A stretch of DNA of 64,000 bases from a virus, in IMG/VR virus record IMGVR_UViG_3300045988_161286. One strand, 5' to 3'. The notes below the pieces were generated by a model. That model searched no databases. It was not told the origin of the DNA and saw only the letters and a program-made list of their open reading frames with translations. Position numbers and translations under genes: made by a program. Shown here piece after piece: positions 9,642 through 17,352 of this stretch (positions within the stretch are counted from its first letter, which is position 1; every line of letters starts with the position of its first letter).

Positions 9642-9848
9642 ATGGGAGTTGTATGGGTGGAAAATTATGCGTATGAATATGCTGCTAAGTTTCTTCATGA
9701 CAAAGAAGTGACTTTTGAAGCCGCTCGTCCCGATAGAGGCTCAAGCAGAGTAAGGCTTGAATTTCCGAAGCTGTCTCAGGCAATGTCTGAGTTGCTTATG
9801 ACTAAGATTTGCCATAAATCAAGGCAGTACGAAAAACTACTCGAATAG
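9642..9848 (+). CDS. hypothetical protein (68 aa)
   Basis: In-frame ATG 9642 after GGAGGG. The track start at 9618 lacks an SD. Confidence 0.6.
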   Translation: MGVVWVENYAYEYAAKFLHDKEVTFEAARPDRGSSRVRLEFPKLSQAMSELLMTKICHKSRQYEKLLE

Positions 9849-9960
9849 AAAGTTTGTTCGCTTGAACACTCGTGTAAAAAATGGTAGAATATTCCTGAAG
9901 CGTGATTATATCACGGCAAGATAAACGATGTTTGTCATTAAAAGAGAGGAAGGAATATGA

Positions 9961-10401
9961 TTGCCAGAAAATAAAGACAATAGTGCGATGAACGCTCATG
10001 AGACTCACGAGCAAATGCTCAAAATGCTACAAGAGGCAGGAGAACAAAATCCGGATTGTCCAGAAGGACAATTTTTACTCAATTGCCTTACGGGTATGAA
10101 CGAGGCACGAAGCAAAGCCAAGGCGAGAGTGGTTGATCCAGTTAGTGTAAAACAAATCAATGGATTGAAGAAACTGTTTGAAGGCATAGATGGGGTTAAT
10201 GTGGATGTAGACATATCTGCATTTCGTGATTGTTTTATGTTTACCGCTGAATCAAGTCATATTATTACGCTTGATGCGGAGCAAATTGCAAATTTTTATC
10301 CGTTATTGGAACACTCCACTAATTTTCAAGCTGGATATGATGAAGTCACAGAAACCCATTGTCTGGAGGTTGATTTTCCGCACTATGTGTACGAGTGGTA
10401 A
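9961..10401 (+). CDS. hypothetical protein (146 aa)
   Basis: TTG start 7 nt after GAGGAAGG. Track ORF. Confidence 0.7.
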   Translation: MPENKDNSAMNAHETHEQMLKMLQEAGEQNPDCPEGQFLLNCLTGMNEARSKAKARVVDPVSVKQINGLKKLFEGIDGVNVDVDISAFRDCFMFTAESSHIITLDAEQIANFYPLLEHSTNFQAGYDEVTETHCLEVDFPHYVYEW

Positions 10402-10440
10402 CTCGTTTGGCGGTTGCGAGTCAAAACAAAACCGCTACCA
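10401..10440 (+). repeat. conserved 40-nt post-stop element, copy 2
   Basis: ACTCGTTTGGCGGTTGCGAGTCAAAACAAAACCGCTACCA immediately after the stop codon of 9961-10401. Confidence 0.6.
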
Positions 10441-10490
10441 TAAAATCACTCTTTTATCAGAGTGACAAAAAGTAAATATAAACCAATTAA

Positions 10491-10526
10491 GTGTATGCGA
10501 TAGATTTTTGCATACACTTTTCTTTT
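10491..10526 (+). terminator. rho-independent terminator
   Basis: GTGTATGC ... GCATACAC stem followed by TTTTCTTTT. Confidence 0.75.
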
Positions 10527-10538
10527 ACCTAAAAAGAG

Positions 10539-10727
10539 GTGGTTAGAGTGTACGAGAGTATCAAAACAATACAAGATATTCGTGATGAACATATTGATGT
10601 ATTGAGGGATTTCGGTGTAAAGGTTACATCTCAGATTGTGCGAACAATCGAAACCAAGACAACCGAAATTGCGATTGAAAATTACTGTCGTATTTTAATA
10701 ATTAAACGATTAGAACAGGAGGAATAG
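10539..10727 (+). CDS. hypothetical protein (62 aa)
   Basis: GTG start 5 nt after AGAGGTGG. Confidence 0.6.
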   Translation: MVRVYESIKTIQDIRDEHIDVLRDFGVKVTSQIVRTIETKTTEIAIENYCRILIIKRLEQEE

Positions 10728-10733
10728 CTTCTT

Positions 10734-10994
10734 ATGCTAAAGGTTGGAGATAAGGTTAAAATACTTCCAACAATACTGTCAAGCTATCCTAATTTTCCGT
10801 ATGTAGGGGTAGTAGGCAGAGTTTGTGCTATTTACAACGATAATGATTCGATAGCTGTTGAGTTTTCGCATCCTAATGAGTATTTTCATAACTGTGACGG
10901 GAAGTCTGGGCAGTATTCTGGCTGGTATTGTTGTAGGAAAGAGTTGGAATTTATACCTGATGATAATTTGCCAGATATTTGGGAATATATCTAA
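10734..10994 (+). CDS. hypothetical protein, paralog of 17883-18164
   Basis: ATG after AGGAGG. VGDKVKILPTILS.YP.FPYVG.VGRVC ... SGWYC ... LEFIPD.LPDIWEYI is shared with the second copy at high nucleotide identity. Confidence 0.8.
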   Translation: MLKVGDKVKILPTILSSYPNFPYVGVVGRVCAIYNDNDSIAVEFSHPNEYFHNCDGKSGQYSGWYCCRKELEFIPDDNLPDIWEYI

Positions 10995-11077
10995 CATATA
11001 AACAATTTTAGGGAGGTTATAAAGTAAATTATGTTGATGACAAAACACAATATCACAGTAGAAGGAGATTACAAAAA

Positions 11078-11476
11078 ATGGCAGGCAGAACTATTAGTAA
11101 GGAACTAAAAGCCCAGATTGTGTCGGCTTATAGACAAGGCGAAAAAATGAAAAACATAGCTGAATTGTATGGGGTATCATATCCCACTGTTTCTAAATTA
11201 GTCAGAGCATCGGTTAATTCATCTGTTAGTCTTGTAGGCATTAAAAAGGCGTGTCCTAAGTGCGGCAAAGATAAACACGAAGTGGGTTCATATTATTGCT
11301 CACATTGTGGAGCAAACATTATGACAGAAGATCAAAAGTTGTCAAGAGAACTTGACAATATCGCAAAAACAATTCGTTTTTGTTTGCCACAAGCAAAAGA
11401 ATCCGATAGAGAGAAGATTGATAATTATGTTGCAGTTTTAAAAGAGGCAGCATTAAGAGTAGGAGGTGAGGGGTGA
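11078..11476 (+). CDS. HTH plus zinc-ribbon DNA-binding protein
   Basis: N-terminal resolvase/Hin-like HTH (MKNIAELYGVSYPTVSKLV) followed by CPKCG ... CSHCG. Confidence 0.7.
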   Translation: MAGRTISKELKAQIVSAYRQGEKMKNIAELYGVSYPTVSKLVRASVNSSVSLVGIKKACPKCGKDKHEVGSYYCSHCGANIMTEDQKLSRELDNIAKTIRFCLPQAKESDREKIDNYVAVLKEAALRVGGEG

Positions 11477-11477
11477 T

Positions 11478-11597
11478 ATGACGGTAATTACAAAGAATGG
11501 TCACTTTGAAGTTATTGATGAGCATGGCAATGTGTTGTGTTCGGGTGACACCGAAACAGAAGCTGTTGAAGCGTATGAAGAAATAGGATTTGAATAA
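11478..11597 (+). CDS. hypothetical small protein (39 aa)
   Basis: Not in the track. ATG after AGGAGGTGAGG. Product MTVITKNGHFEVIDEHGNVLCSGDTETEAVEAYEEIGFE. Confidence 0.5.
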   Translation: MTVITKNGHFEVIDEHGNVLCSGDTETEAVEAYEEIGFE

Positions 11598-11906
11598 TGT
11601 AACATTTGCTTGCTTTATTAAATAAAGCCGCCTTACTTAAAGTAAGGTGTTAGAAAAGGTTAGAGAGAAGAACGGGATACAGGCTGAAGGCGAGTCGGTG
11701 GTGGACAGCTCTGACACAGGATACCGTCAGGAAACTAAAGCTCTTACACAGAAAAGGACTGTTTCCGAGACCAAACCCAAACGGAAAAAGCACATAAAAA
11801 GATTACTTTAGTACTCGATAAGAGCATAGAACCAAAACTGTTAGCCAGCAAAGAGCTAAATTTACAGATTCTTCGCAAGTTCCATCTTTATTTAAGAAAT
11901 GTTACA
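11598..11906 (+). ncRNA. structured RNA element A (paralog of B and C)
   Basis: 10-bp closing helix TGTAACATTT (11598-11607) / AAATGTTACA (11897-11906). Conserved hairpin CCTTACT-TAA-AGTAAGG (11631-11647) followed by TAGAAAAGGTTAGAG. GC-rich ~290-nt interior with no ORF. Confidence 0.55.
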
Positions 11907-12023
11907 GCACCCCTTTAGATAGGGGTGAGCGGTTACAAAACTACTACCTCCTCGTGGTGTAACTGGGTAATGCTAAAGTAGAAATAAATTAAAGTGCCAT
12001 ACGAGGCAGAAAGGAGTCACAAA

Positions 12024-12410
12024 ATGACTGTAAAAACATTAAACAATGTGATGGTTATTGAAGCCAACTTTTCAATGGAGGAACTTTTTAAAGTTTACAA
12101 ACACAAGCCAGATGTATTGTCATTAAAGGATGATGATGGCAATATGCTTTTCGCTGTAAAGCCAAGCGAACACAGAGAGAGTTTTAGCGATTGCGGAATT
12201 TCTTTTGTAAGTAATTCTTACACAGCGTCAAAGGCATCAATTACAATTCCTCTCCCATCAGAAGCTGCCAACAACACAAAGGTGTGGATTGCAGAAAACT
12301 TTGGTTCAATTCTGACAAATCTTGAACAGATTGAAAGAAATGTATCGGAAGCATGTATTGATATTGATGCAAACATTGCAAAAATTGTCGGCTCAATTGT
12401 AACAGCGTAA
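12024..12410 (+). CDS. hypothetical 128-aa protein, first gene of the Ubl unit
   Basis: ATG 12024 after AAAGGAG. The track start at 11994 is an upstream GTG. It has two Cys (SFSDCGISF, SEACIDID). No motif recognised. Confidence 0.75.
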   Translation: MTVKTLNNVMVIEANFSMEELFKVYKHKPDVLSLKDDDGNMLFAVKPSEHRESFSDCGISFVSNSYTASKASITIPLPSEAANNTKVWIAENFGSILTNLEQIERNVSEACIDIDANIAKIVGSIVTA

Positions 12411-12427
12411 ACAAGGAGGAAATAATA

Positions 12428-12661
12428 ATGAAAAGCATTAAAGTTCAGAACAATCTTAAGTCAAAAACAATCATTGGCAACCCAGACGAAATGACAGTTC
12501 AGCAGGCTTTCAATGAAGCCCAGCTCGAAATGGGTAATGGCATTCTCAATCTTAACGGCGTTGTGGTATCTGCACAGGATGTCAACAGAACGCTGTCTGA
12601 CATTGTTGGCGCAAGAGATACATACATTCTTGCATCAGTTGTCAAAGCCGATTGTGCATAA
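12428..12661 (+). CDS. ThiS/MoaD-like beta-grasp (ubiquitin-like) protein candidate, 77 aa
   Basis: ATG after AAGGAGG. The pattern ILNLNGVVVSAQDVNRTLSDIVGARDTYILASVVKADCA mirrors the ThiS/MoaD C-terminal half (NG.vv ... L.dgD.i.i..v.GG), but it ends KADCA. The call is based on pattern only. Confidence 0.45.
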   Translation: MKSIKVQNNLKSKTIIGNPDEMTVQQAFNEAQLEMGNGILNLNGVVVSAQDVNRTLSDIVGARDTYILASVVKADCA

Positions 12662-12674
12662 TTTGATTTGAAAC

Positions 12675-12704
12675 AAGGGAGAGTACACTCTCCCTTTGGC
12701 ATTT
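12675..12704 (+). terminator. terminator-like hairpin after the Ubl gene
   Basis: AAGGGAGAGT-ac-ACTCTCCCTT followed by TGGCATTT. The same sequence occurs at 25046-25075. Its T-rich tail is also strand a1 of element B. Confidence 0.5.
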
Positions 12705-12994
12705 GCATTGTCGCAAGACTGCTTTACTTAAAGTAAAGTATCAGAAAGGTTAGAAGCAGAGGAGTCACCCGGCACGAGATGCTGCTGGAGGCGACGTGAA
12801 TGAAATGCACGGTGATGAAAACGAGTAGAGGCGACTATCTCTCAAACTCAAGGGTTACAACTGAAAGGAGCTTACGAATCCATGATTTGCCGCTGAAATC
12901 GCCACATCAAAGCTATAATTACATCAAGAATCCCAATGACCAAGCTTCCTGCAGGCGTCTTCTCACTGCTACAATTGTATTTAGAAATGCCAAA
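12695..12994 (+). ncRNA. structured RNA element B, leader of the JAB/E1/RT operon
   Basis: Closing helix TTTGGCATTT (12695-12704) / AAATGCCAAA (12985-12994). GTC-GCAA-GAC tetraloop hairpin. CTTTACT-TAA-AGTAAAG (12722-12738). Inner stem AGCAGAGGAG (12755-12764) / CTTCTcaCTGCT (12959-12970) encloses a GC-rich ~190-nt domain. Confidence 0.55.
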
Positions 12995-13012
12995 ATCTAA
13001 GGAGGAATAGAA

Positions 13013-14296
13013 ATGGATTTAATTACAAATTTACACACACGGAGTTGTTTTGATAGCCGTCTTACATTTGGAGATGATTGCCCTAAGATAATCGAAACAT
13101 TTGTCAAATGTGTTTATGAACCTTATTACACTAAGAACGGTGATTTGCCATCTGTATTTTTTGGTTGTGTTTCCGGCGCACGGGCACCACAGAGAGCCGC
13201 AACAGACAAAGCTGTTTATATATGGTATAACGACATAGAACCCACTATAGAGGGAATTAATAAGAAATTTAACTGTAGTGTGGAATCGTATGAGAATTAT
13301 GATAAGTATTGTGAATCAACCTATAATAAATCAAAAGGATGGGTTGGTGACAATCAGTATATTTTTTGGGTAGATCCGTTTAATAAACAACTTATAGAAT
13401 ACACGATAGCTGTTTTCCTTATTCCACTGTTTGACTTTGTTTGCACAGCAAAAGAGATCAAAAACAAATTCAAACCAATTGTTGATGAAATAAGCCAAGG
13501 TTTAGATGATAAATTGTTCGACTTAGCCGAGAAAATTTCAGAAGAAAAAGGATTATCGAAGGTTGTGTTAAATGCTCAAATTACCGATCTTGCACAATAT
13601 AAAAAGAAACGCAATCTTGATCGACTACACGCAAGGATTAAGGATTATGAATCGGATTATAGACATCATGCAGCATATGTAGCAGAGGTTTACGAAAAGT
13701 TGTTGGATTGCAAAAAACAATTATCACTATACAATGACAATGATAATGATAATGCTGCATTGATAGATATGCTTACAAACAACAGTGCGATTTCTAATGT
13801 GAAAATTAATGGAGGAGACCTTGAGTTTGTAGTATGCAACCCGATTACTCAGTATGATGAAGATGCTTTTGCCGAAATATTAAAATCAGAAAATTCCACT
13901 ATTAATAATATGCCAAGCGTAAGTAAGGATGTTTTATGTTGGATGGTTGATGGCAGAATTGATCTATTAACCGAATGTGGAATCGGTATAAGTCTTGATA
14001 ACAATTCTTTTGATGCTTACGAGACATATATATACGGTTATATGCCTCATCCTCATTTGGCTTTATTTGATTGCTTTGGAGGTTTTAGAATAGATATCGC
14101 AACTGCATTAGCAGAAGGCAATATCTGCTATGCAATACAGCTTATTCTTACTGCGTCACAAAATTTGAATTTTATGGATTCTACGGTGATGCATAGGTTG
14201 GGAGCTCTGCTCAATGAGGCAGACTACTCGTGTATTATGGATAAGGAGTCTGGAGAAGTTATGACAGTAAACGAATGGAACGAAAGGAGAAAATAA
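13013..14296 (+). CDS. hypothetical 427-aa protein (central coiled coil; possible E2-like C-terminus)
   Basis: ATG 7 nt after AAGGAGG. Heptad-like central region. The C-terminal YMPHPHLALFDCFGG (HPx ... C) is only faintly UBC-like. Confidence 0.8.
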   Translation: MDLITNLHTRSCFDSRLTFGDDCPKIIETFVKCVYEPYYTKNGDLPSVFFGCVSGARAPQRAATDKAVYIWYNDIEPTIEGINKKFNCSVESYENYDKYCESTYNKSKGWVGDNQYIFWVDPFNKQLIEYTIAVFLIPLFDFVCTAKEIKNKFKPIVDEISQGLDDKLFDLAEKISEEKGLSKVVLNAQITDLAQYKKKRNLDRLHARIKDYESDYRHHAAYVAEVYEKLLDCKKQLSLYNDNDNDNAALIDMLTNNSAISNVKINGGDLEFVVCNPITQYDEDAFAEILKSENSTINNMPSVSKDVLCWMVDGRIDLLTECGIGISLDNNSFDAYETYIYGYMPHPHLALFDCFGGFRIDIATALAEGNICYAIQLILTASQNLNFMDSTVMHRLGALLNEADYSCIMDKESGEVMTVNEWNERRK

Positions 14297-14297
14297 A

Positions 14298-15113
14298 ATG
14301 CAACTTTTAAAGATACCGACAGATATAGAAACACCTACAATATCTTTCACTCCATTAGCTTTTGCCAAAATGATGATGCTTGTTGAGGTAAATGACAAAG
14401 AGGTGGGGTGGCATGGCACAGTTGAAAGGCAAAACAATAACTTTGTTATTACTGATATCTTTGTATATCCTCAAGTAGTTACTCGAACAACCGTTGAGCC
14501 TTCTCAGGCAGAGTATAACGAATGGCAGACTGAGTTGCCAGATGATATACATAACAGTCTTAGATTTCACGGGCATTCTCATGTAAATATGGGAACATCG
14601 GCATCATCTGTTGATACAAAATTTCAGCAAGACATCGTGAAAATGATTGATAATACTGATTTTTATATCTTTATGATTATAAATAAAAAAGGTGATTTTA
14701 ATATATATCTTTATGATGGTGTGCTTAATTTAGCATATAAGTCTACAAGTAAGGACACTCAGCCTGAGATAACATTAAACACAAATAATATTCAGTCGTT
14801 TGGAAAAATACTTTGTGTTTCACCTGAAGTTTACGACACATTGATGTCTTTCAAGGAAGAATCAAAAGATATGGTTACAGAACCAAAACGAGTATCGTAT
14901 TCGTATTATGAATATCCTTACAACTACGGTAATACGGGTGTAAAAAGCCAGAGTTCTATTGAACTATCTATTGGAGAAATTCAAGATATATTCGGTGTTC
15001 CTTATTTGGACGCCAAAGATGTACATGATGAGTTGAGTAATCTTGTACATAAAGGAGCGATAACTAACGATAGGGATTCATTGATTGAACAGGCAAGTCT
15101 GTATATATATTAA
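14298..15113 (+). CDS. JAB/MPN+ (JAMM) metallopeptidase with an extra C-terminal domain
   Basis: Complete JAMM signature: KEVGWHG (Glu) then H93-S-H95-x7-S103-x2-D106 (HGHSHVNMGTSASSVD, nt 14574-14615). Starts 1 nt after the previous stop. Confidence 0.8.
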   Translation: MQLLKIPTDIETPTISFTPLAFAKMMMLVEVNDKEVGWHGTVERQNNNFVITDIFVYPQVVTRTTVEPSQAEYNEWQTELPDDIHNSLRFHGHSHVNMGTSASSVDTKFQQDIVKMIDNTDFYIFMIINKKGDFNIYLYDGVLNLAYKSTSKDTQPEITLNTNNIQSFGKILCVSPEVYDTLMSFKEESKDMVTEPKRVSYSYYEYPYNYGNTGVKSQSSIELSIGEIQDIFGVPYLDAKDVHDELSNLVHKGAITNDRDSLIEQASLYIY

Positions 15114-15127
15114 GGAGGTCTTACGGA

Positions 15128-15796
15128 ATGGATTTAAGTAAATTAGGAGATATTAACCCATATCAGAAGGAGCTGTCAACCACTATACATATAGTCGGAT
15201 GCGGAAGCGTAGGTAGTACGCAGGCAGAGCTTCTTGCAAGATATGGCTTTTGCAAGTTTAAATTATATGACTTTGATTTCGTTGAAAGTAAAAATCTTTG
15301 CAACCAGATGTTTTTTAATTCTGATTTAAACCACAACAAAGCAGAGTCATTAAAAAACATCTTGCTTTCCGTTAATCCGGATATCGAAGTTCAGGTGTTT
15401 GATAAAGGCTATATTAATCAGCGACTTAACGGAATCGTAATTCTTTGTGCTGACAATATTGATTTGTGTAGAAATATTTGCAAGCAGAATAGACTTAATC
15501 CATACATAAAGGTAATGTTGAATTACCGTACTGCAAGATACGATGCGCAGCACTATGCAGTAGAGTGGAGAGATAAACCAAGTGTGGATAATTTGATTAA
15601 AACAATGAATTTCACACATGAAGAAGCAAAAGCCGAAACTCCAGTGTCAGCATGTGGAGTAGAGATTGGTGAATCTATTGTTGTAAGAGATATTGTACTT
15701 AAAGGTACAACGAATCTGTTTAAATGGATTACCGAAAGAAAATTAAGCCCTTTGATTATATCTTCTCCATATAAATTTGACACGGTAGTAATGTAA
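15128..15796 (+). CDS. ThiF/MoeB/E1-like adenylyltransferase (minimal, 222 aa)
   Basis: IHIVGCGSVGSTQAELLARYG ... KLYDFDFVESKNLCNQ, i.e. a GxGxxG Rossmann motif plus D.D.ve.sNL..Q (nt 15197-15214 for GxGxxG). Confidence 0.75.
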   Translation: MDLSKLGDINPYQKELSTTIHIVGCGSVGSTQAELLARYGFCKFKLYDFDFVESKNLCNQMFFNSDLNHNKAESLKNILLSVNPDIEVQVFDKGYINQRLNGIVILCADNIDLCRNICKQNRLNPYIKVMLNYRTARYDAQHYAVEWRDKPSVDNLIKTMNFTHEEAKAETPVSACGVEIGESIVVRDIVLKGTTNLFKWITERKLSPLIISSPYKFDTVVM

Positions 15797-15809
15797 AGGA
15801 GGGACATGT

Positions 15810-16955
15810 ATGTGCTACTATGTGTGTTTGCCAAAAACCGAATCGAAGCCTAACATTTGGAGTTGGCTTGAAGGTGATATACATTCTCCACAGTGGTTAT
15901 GGGGTACTAAATCTGCGGCAGCCACAGTAACTCGCAGAGTCGATTTTATACCTGCGAGCGCAAAAGACAAATACAATGTCAATTTTATTGTTGGCATATT
16001 GGATGCCTTTAATAAAAAATGGAGTTATCTTGGACAAGAAATTGAAAAACATTATTCTCATTTCTATATTCCAAAAAAGAAATTAGACGAATATGGCAGA
16101 GTTAAATGGAGAGAAATTTGTGCTCCAGATGATGAATTATCTGAAGCATTGAAGGACTTAAAAGGGATTTTCGAGACTGCGGGTGTTTCATTACATCACA
16201 CCAACGCATACGCTTATGTTCGACATAGAACAGCCTCGGATGCAGTTTCCAAGCATCAGTATAACCATAGTCGCTGGTGGATAACAACTGATTTTCAAAA
16301 CTTTTTTGGTAATACTACCAAAGAATTTCTTATGTCTATGATGGCACAAATATTTCCATTTAGTGCAGTTATTGAACGAGATTTTGGAAAAGAGTGTTTA
16401 AGCAGGGCATTGGATTTATGTTTTCTTAATGGGGGCTTGCCACAAGGAACTCCAATCAGTCCAATGCTTACTAATATTATGATGATACCGTTTGACTACA
16501 TAATGACAAAAAAATGCCGTGAAAAAGACTATATATATACTCGATATAGCGATGATATACAAGTTTCACACCGTAGAAAGTTTAATCCAGATGAAGTTCT
16601 TGGATTCATCCATGAGACACTGACTCAAATTCACGCTCCGTTTACAATTGAGAAAGAAAAAACAAAGTTTAAAAGTGGAAATCAGTTCGTATTAGGTGTT
16701 ATGTATAATCAAAATTGCGACATTACAGTCGGTCATAAGAATAAAAAAGAGTTCAAAGCTACATTATTTAATTATATGTGTGATAGGCTAAGCGGTAAAG
16801 TTTGGGAGTTGCCACAACTCCAACAAATGATGGGTAAATATGCATATTACTCAATGATTGAAAAAGAGTATTTTGAAAATGTAATGAAGGAATATTCTCG
16901 TAAATTTAAGCAGGATGTTATGAAATGTATCAAAGCAGACTTGCGTAGATGCTAA
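15810..16955 (+). CDS. reverse transcriptase, retron/UG-like
   Basis: RT motifs: FYIPKKK ... REICAP, AYAYVRHRTASDAVSKH, WWITTDFQNFF, GLPQGTPISPMLTN, YSDD (16545-16556), and FVLGVMYN in place of the retron VTG. No maturase or endonuclease domains. Confidence 0.8.
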   Translation: MCYYVCLPKTESKPNIWSWLEGDIHSPQWLWGTKSAAATVTRRVDFIPASAKDKYNVNFIVGILDAFNKKWSYLGQEIEKHYSHFYIPKKKLDEYGRVKWREICAPDDELSEALKDLKGIFETAGVSLHHTNAYAYVRHRTASDAVSKHQYNHSRWWITTDFQNFFGNTTKEFLMSMMAQIFPFSAVIERDFGKECLSRALDLCFLNGGLPQGTPISPMLTNIMMIPFDYIMTKKCREKDYIYTRYSDDIQVSHRRKFNPDEVLGFIHETLTQIHAPFTIEKEKTKFKSGNQFVLGVMYNQNCDITVGHKNKKEFKATLFNYMCDRLSGKVWELPQLQQMMGKYAYYSMIEKEYFENVMKEYSRKFKQDVMKCIKADLRRC

Positions 16956-17036
16956 TAACATCTGGTGGAATTTTATTAAATTCTTAATGAAAATTCATTG
17001 CAAGTTTTTCGGAAACCATTTTGCTTGCAAATATAT

Positions 17037-17111
17037 TGAGCAGTCGCCAAGCGGTTAAGGCACTGGACTTTGACTCCAGTATCGTGGGTTCAATTCCCAC
17101 CTGCTCAGCCA
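17037..17111 (+). tRNA. tRNA-Gln (anticodon UUG)
   Basis: Hand-folded cloverleaf: acceptor TGAGCAG/CTGCTCA with U1-A72 and G73, anticodon loop CTTTGAC, T-loop TTCAATT, encoded CCA. Confidence 0.8.
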
Positions 17112-17113
17112 AA

Positions 17114-17268
17114 CGGTATTGTGTAGCTTTATAACCTTGCGGTTCAAAATAAAAATCTACCGTCATGGTAGAAAGACTTTATACTGATCAGTTACTCAGT
17201 TTGGCATTGAATGGAACGGCGGTGTCCCTTGACTGTTGTTCCGTCAGCCTTCAATCTACACAATACCG
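17114..17268 (+). other. inter-tRNA spacer closed by a 13-bp perfect inverted repeat
   Basis: CGGTATTGTGTAG (17114-17126) / CTACACAATACCG (17256-17268). Internal hairpins include CTACC-gtcat-GGTAG. Confidence 0.5.
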
Positions 17269-17273
17269 GATAT

Positions 17274-17349
17274 GACACAGTAGTCCAATGGCAGAGACAG
17301 CAGACTTAAAATCTGTAAAGTGAGAGTTCAAATCTCTTCTGTGTCACCA
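17274..17349 (+). tRNA. class-I tRNA with anticodon UAA (Leu codon UUA) and no long variable arm
   Basis: Acceptor GACACAG/CTGTGTC, A73, CCA. Anticodon stem GCAGA/TCTGT, loop CTTAAAA. 5-nt variable loop. T-arm GAGAG-TTCAAAT-CTCTT. Confidence 0.7.
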
Positions 17350-17352
17350 TAT

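Noticed and set aside
12800-13000. 66-aa ORF inside RNA element B.
   Set aside because: It has no SD, crosses the conserved inner and outer helices, and has no counterpart in elements A or C.
15810-16955. Diversity-generating retroelement (DGR) or group II intron interpretation of the RT.
   Set aside because: I found no template/variable repeat pair nearby. The RT has retron-like LPQG..SP and YSDD motifs. It lacks a maturase/X or endonuclease domain, and no intron-like flanking RNA domains were seen.
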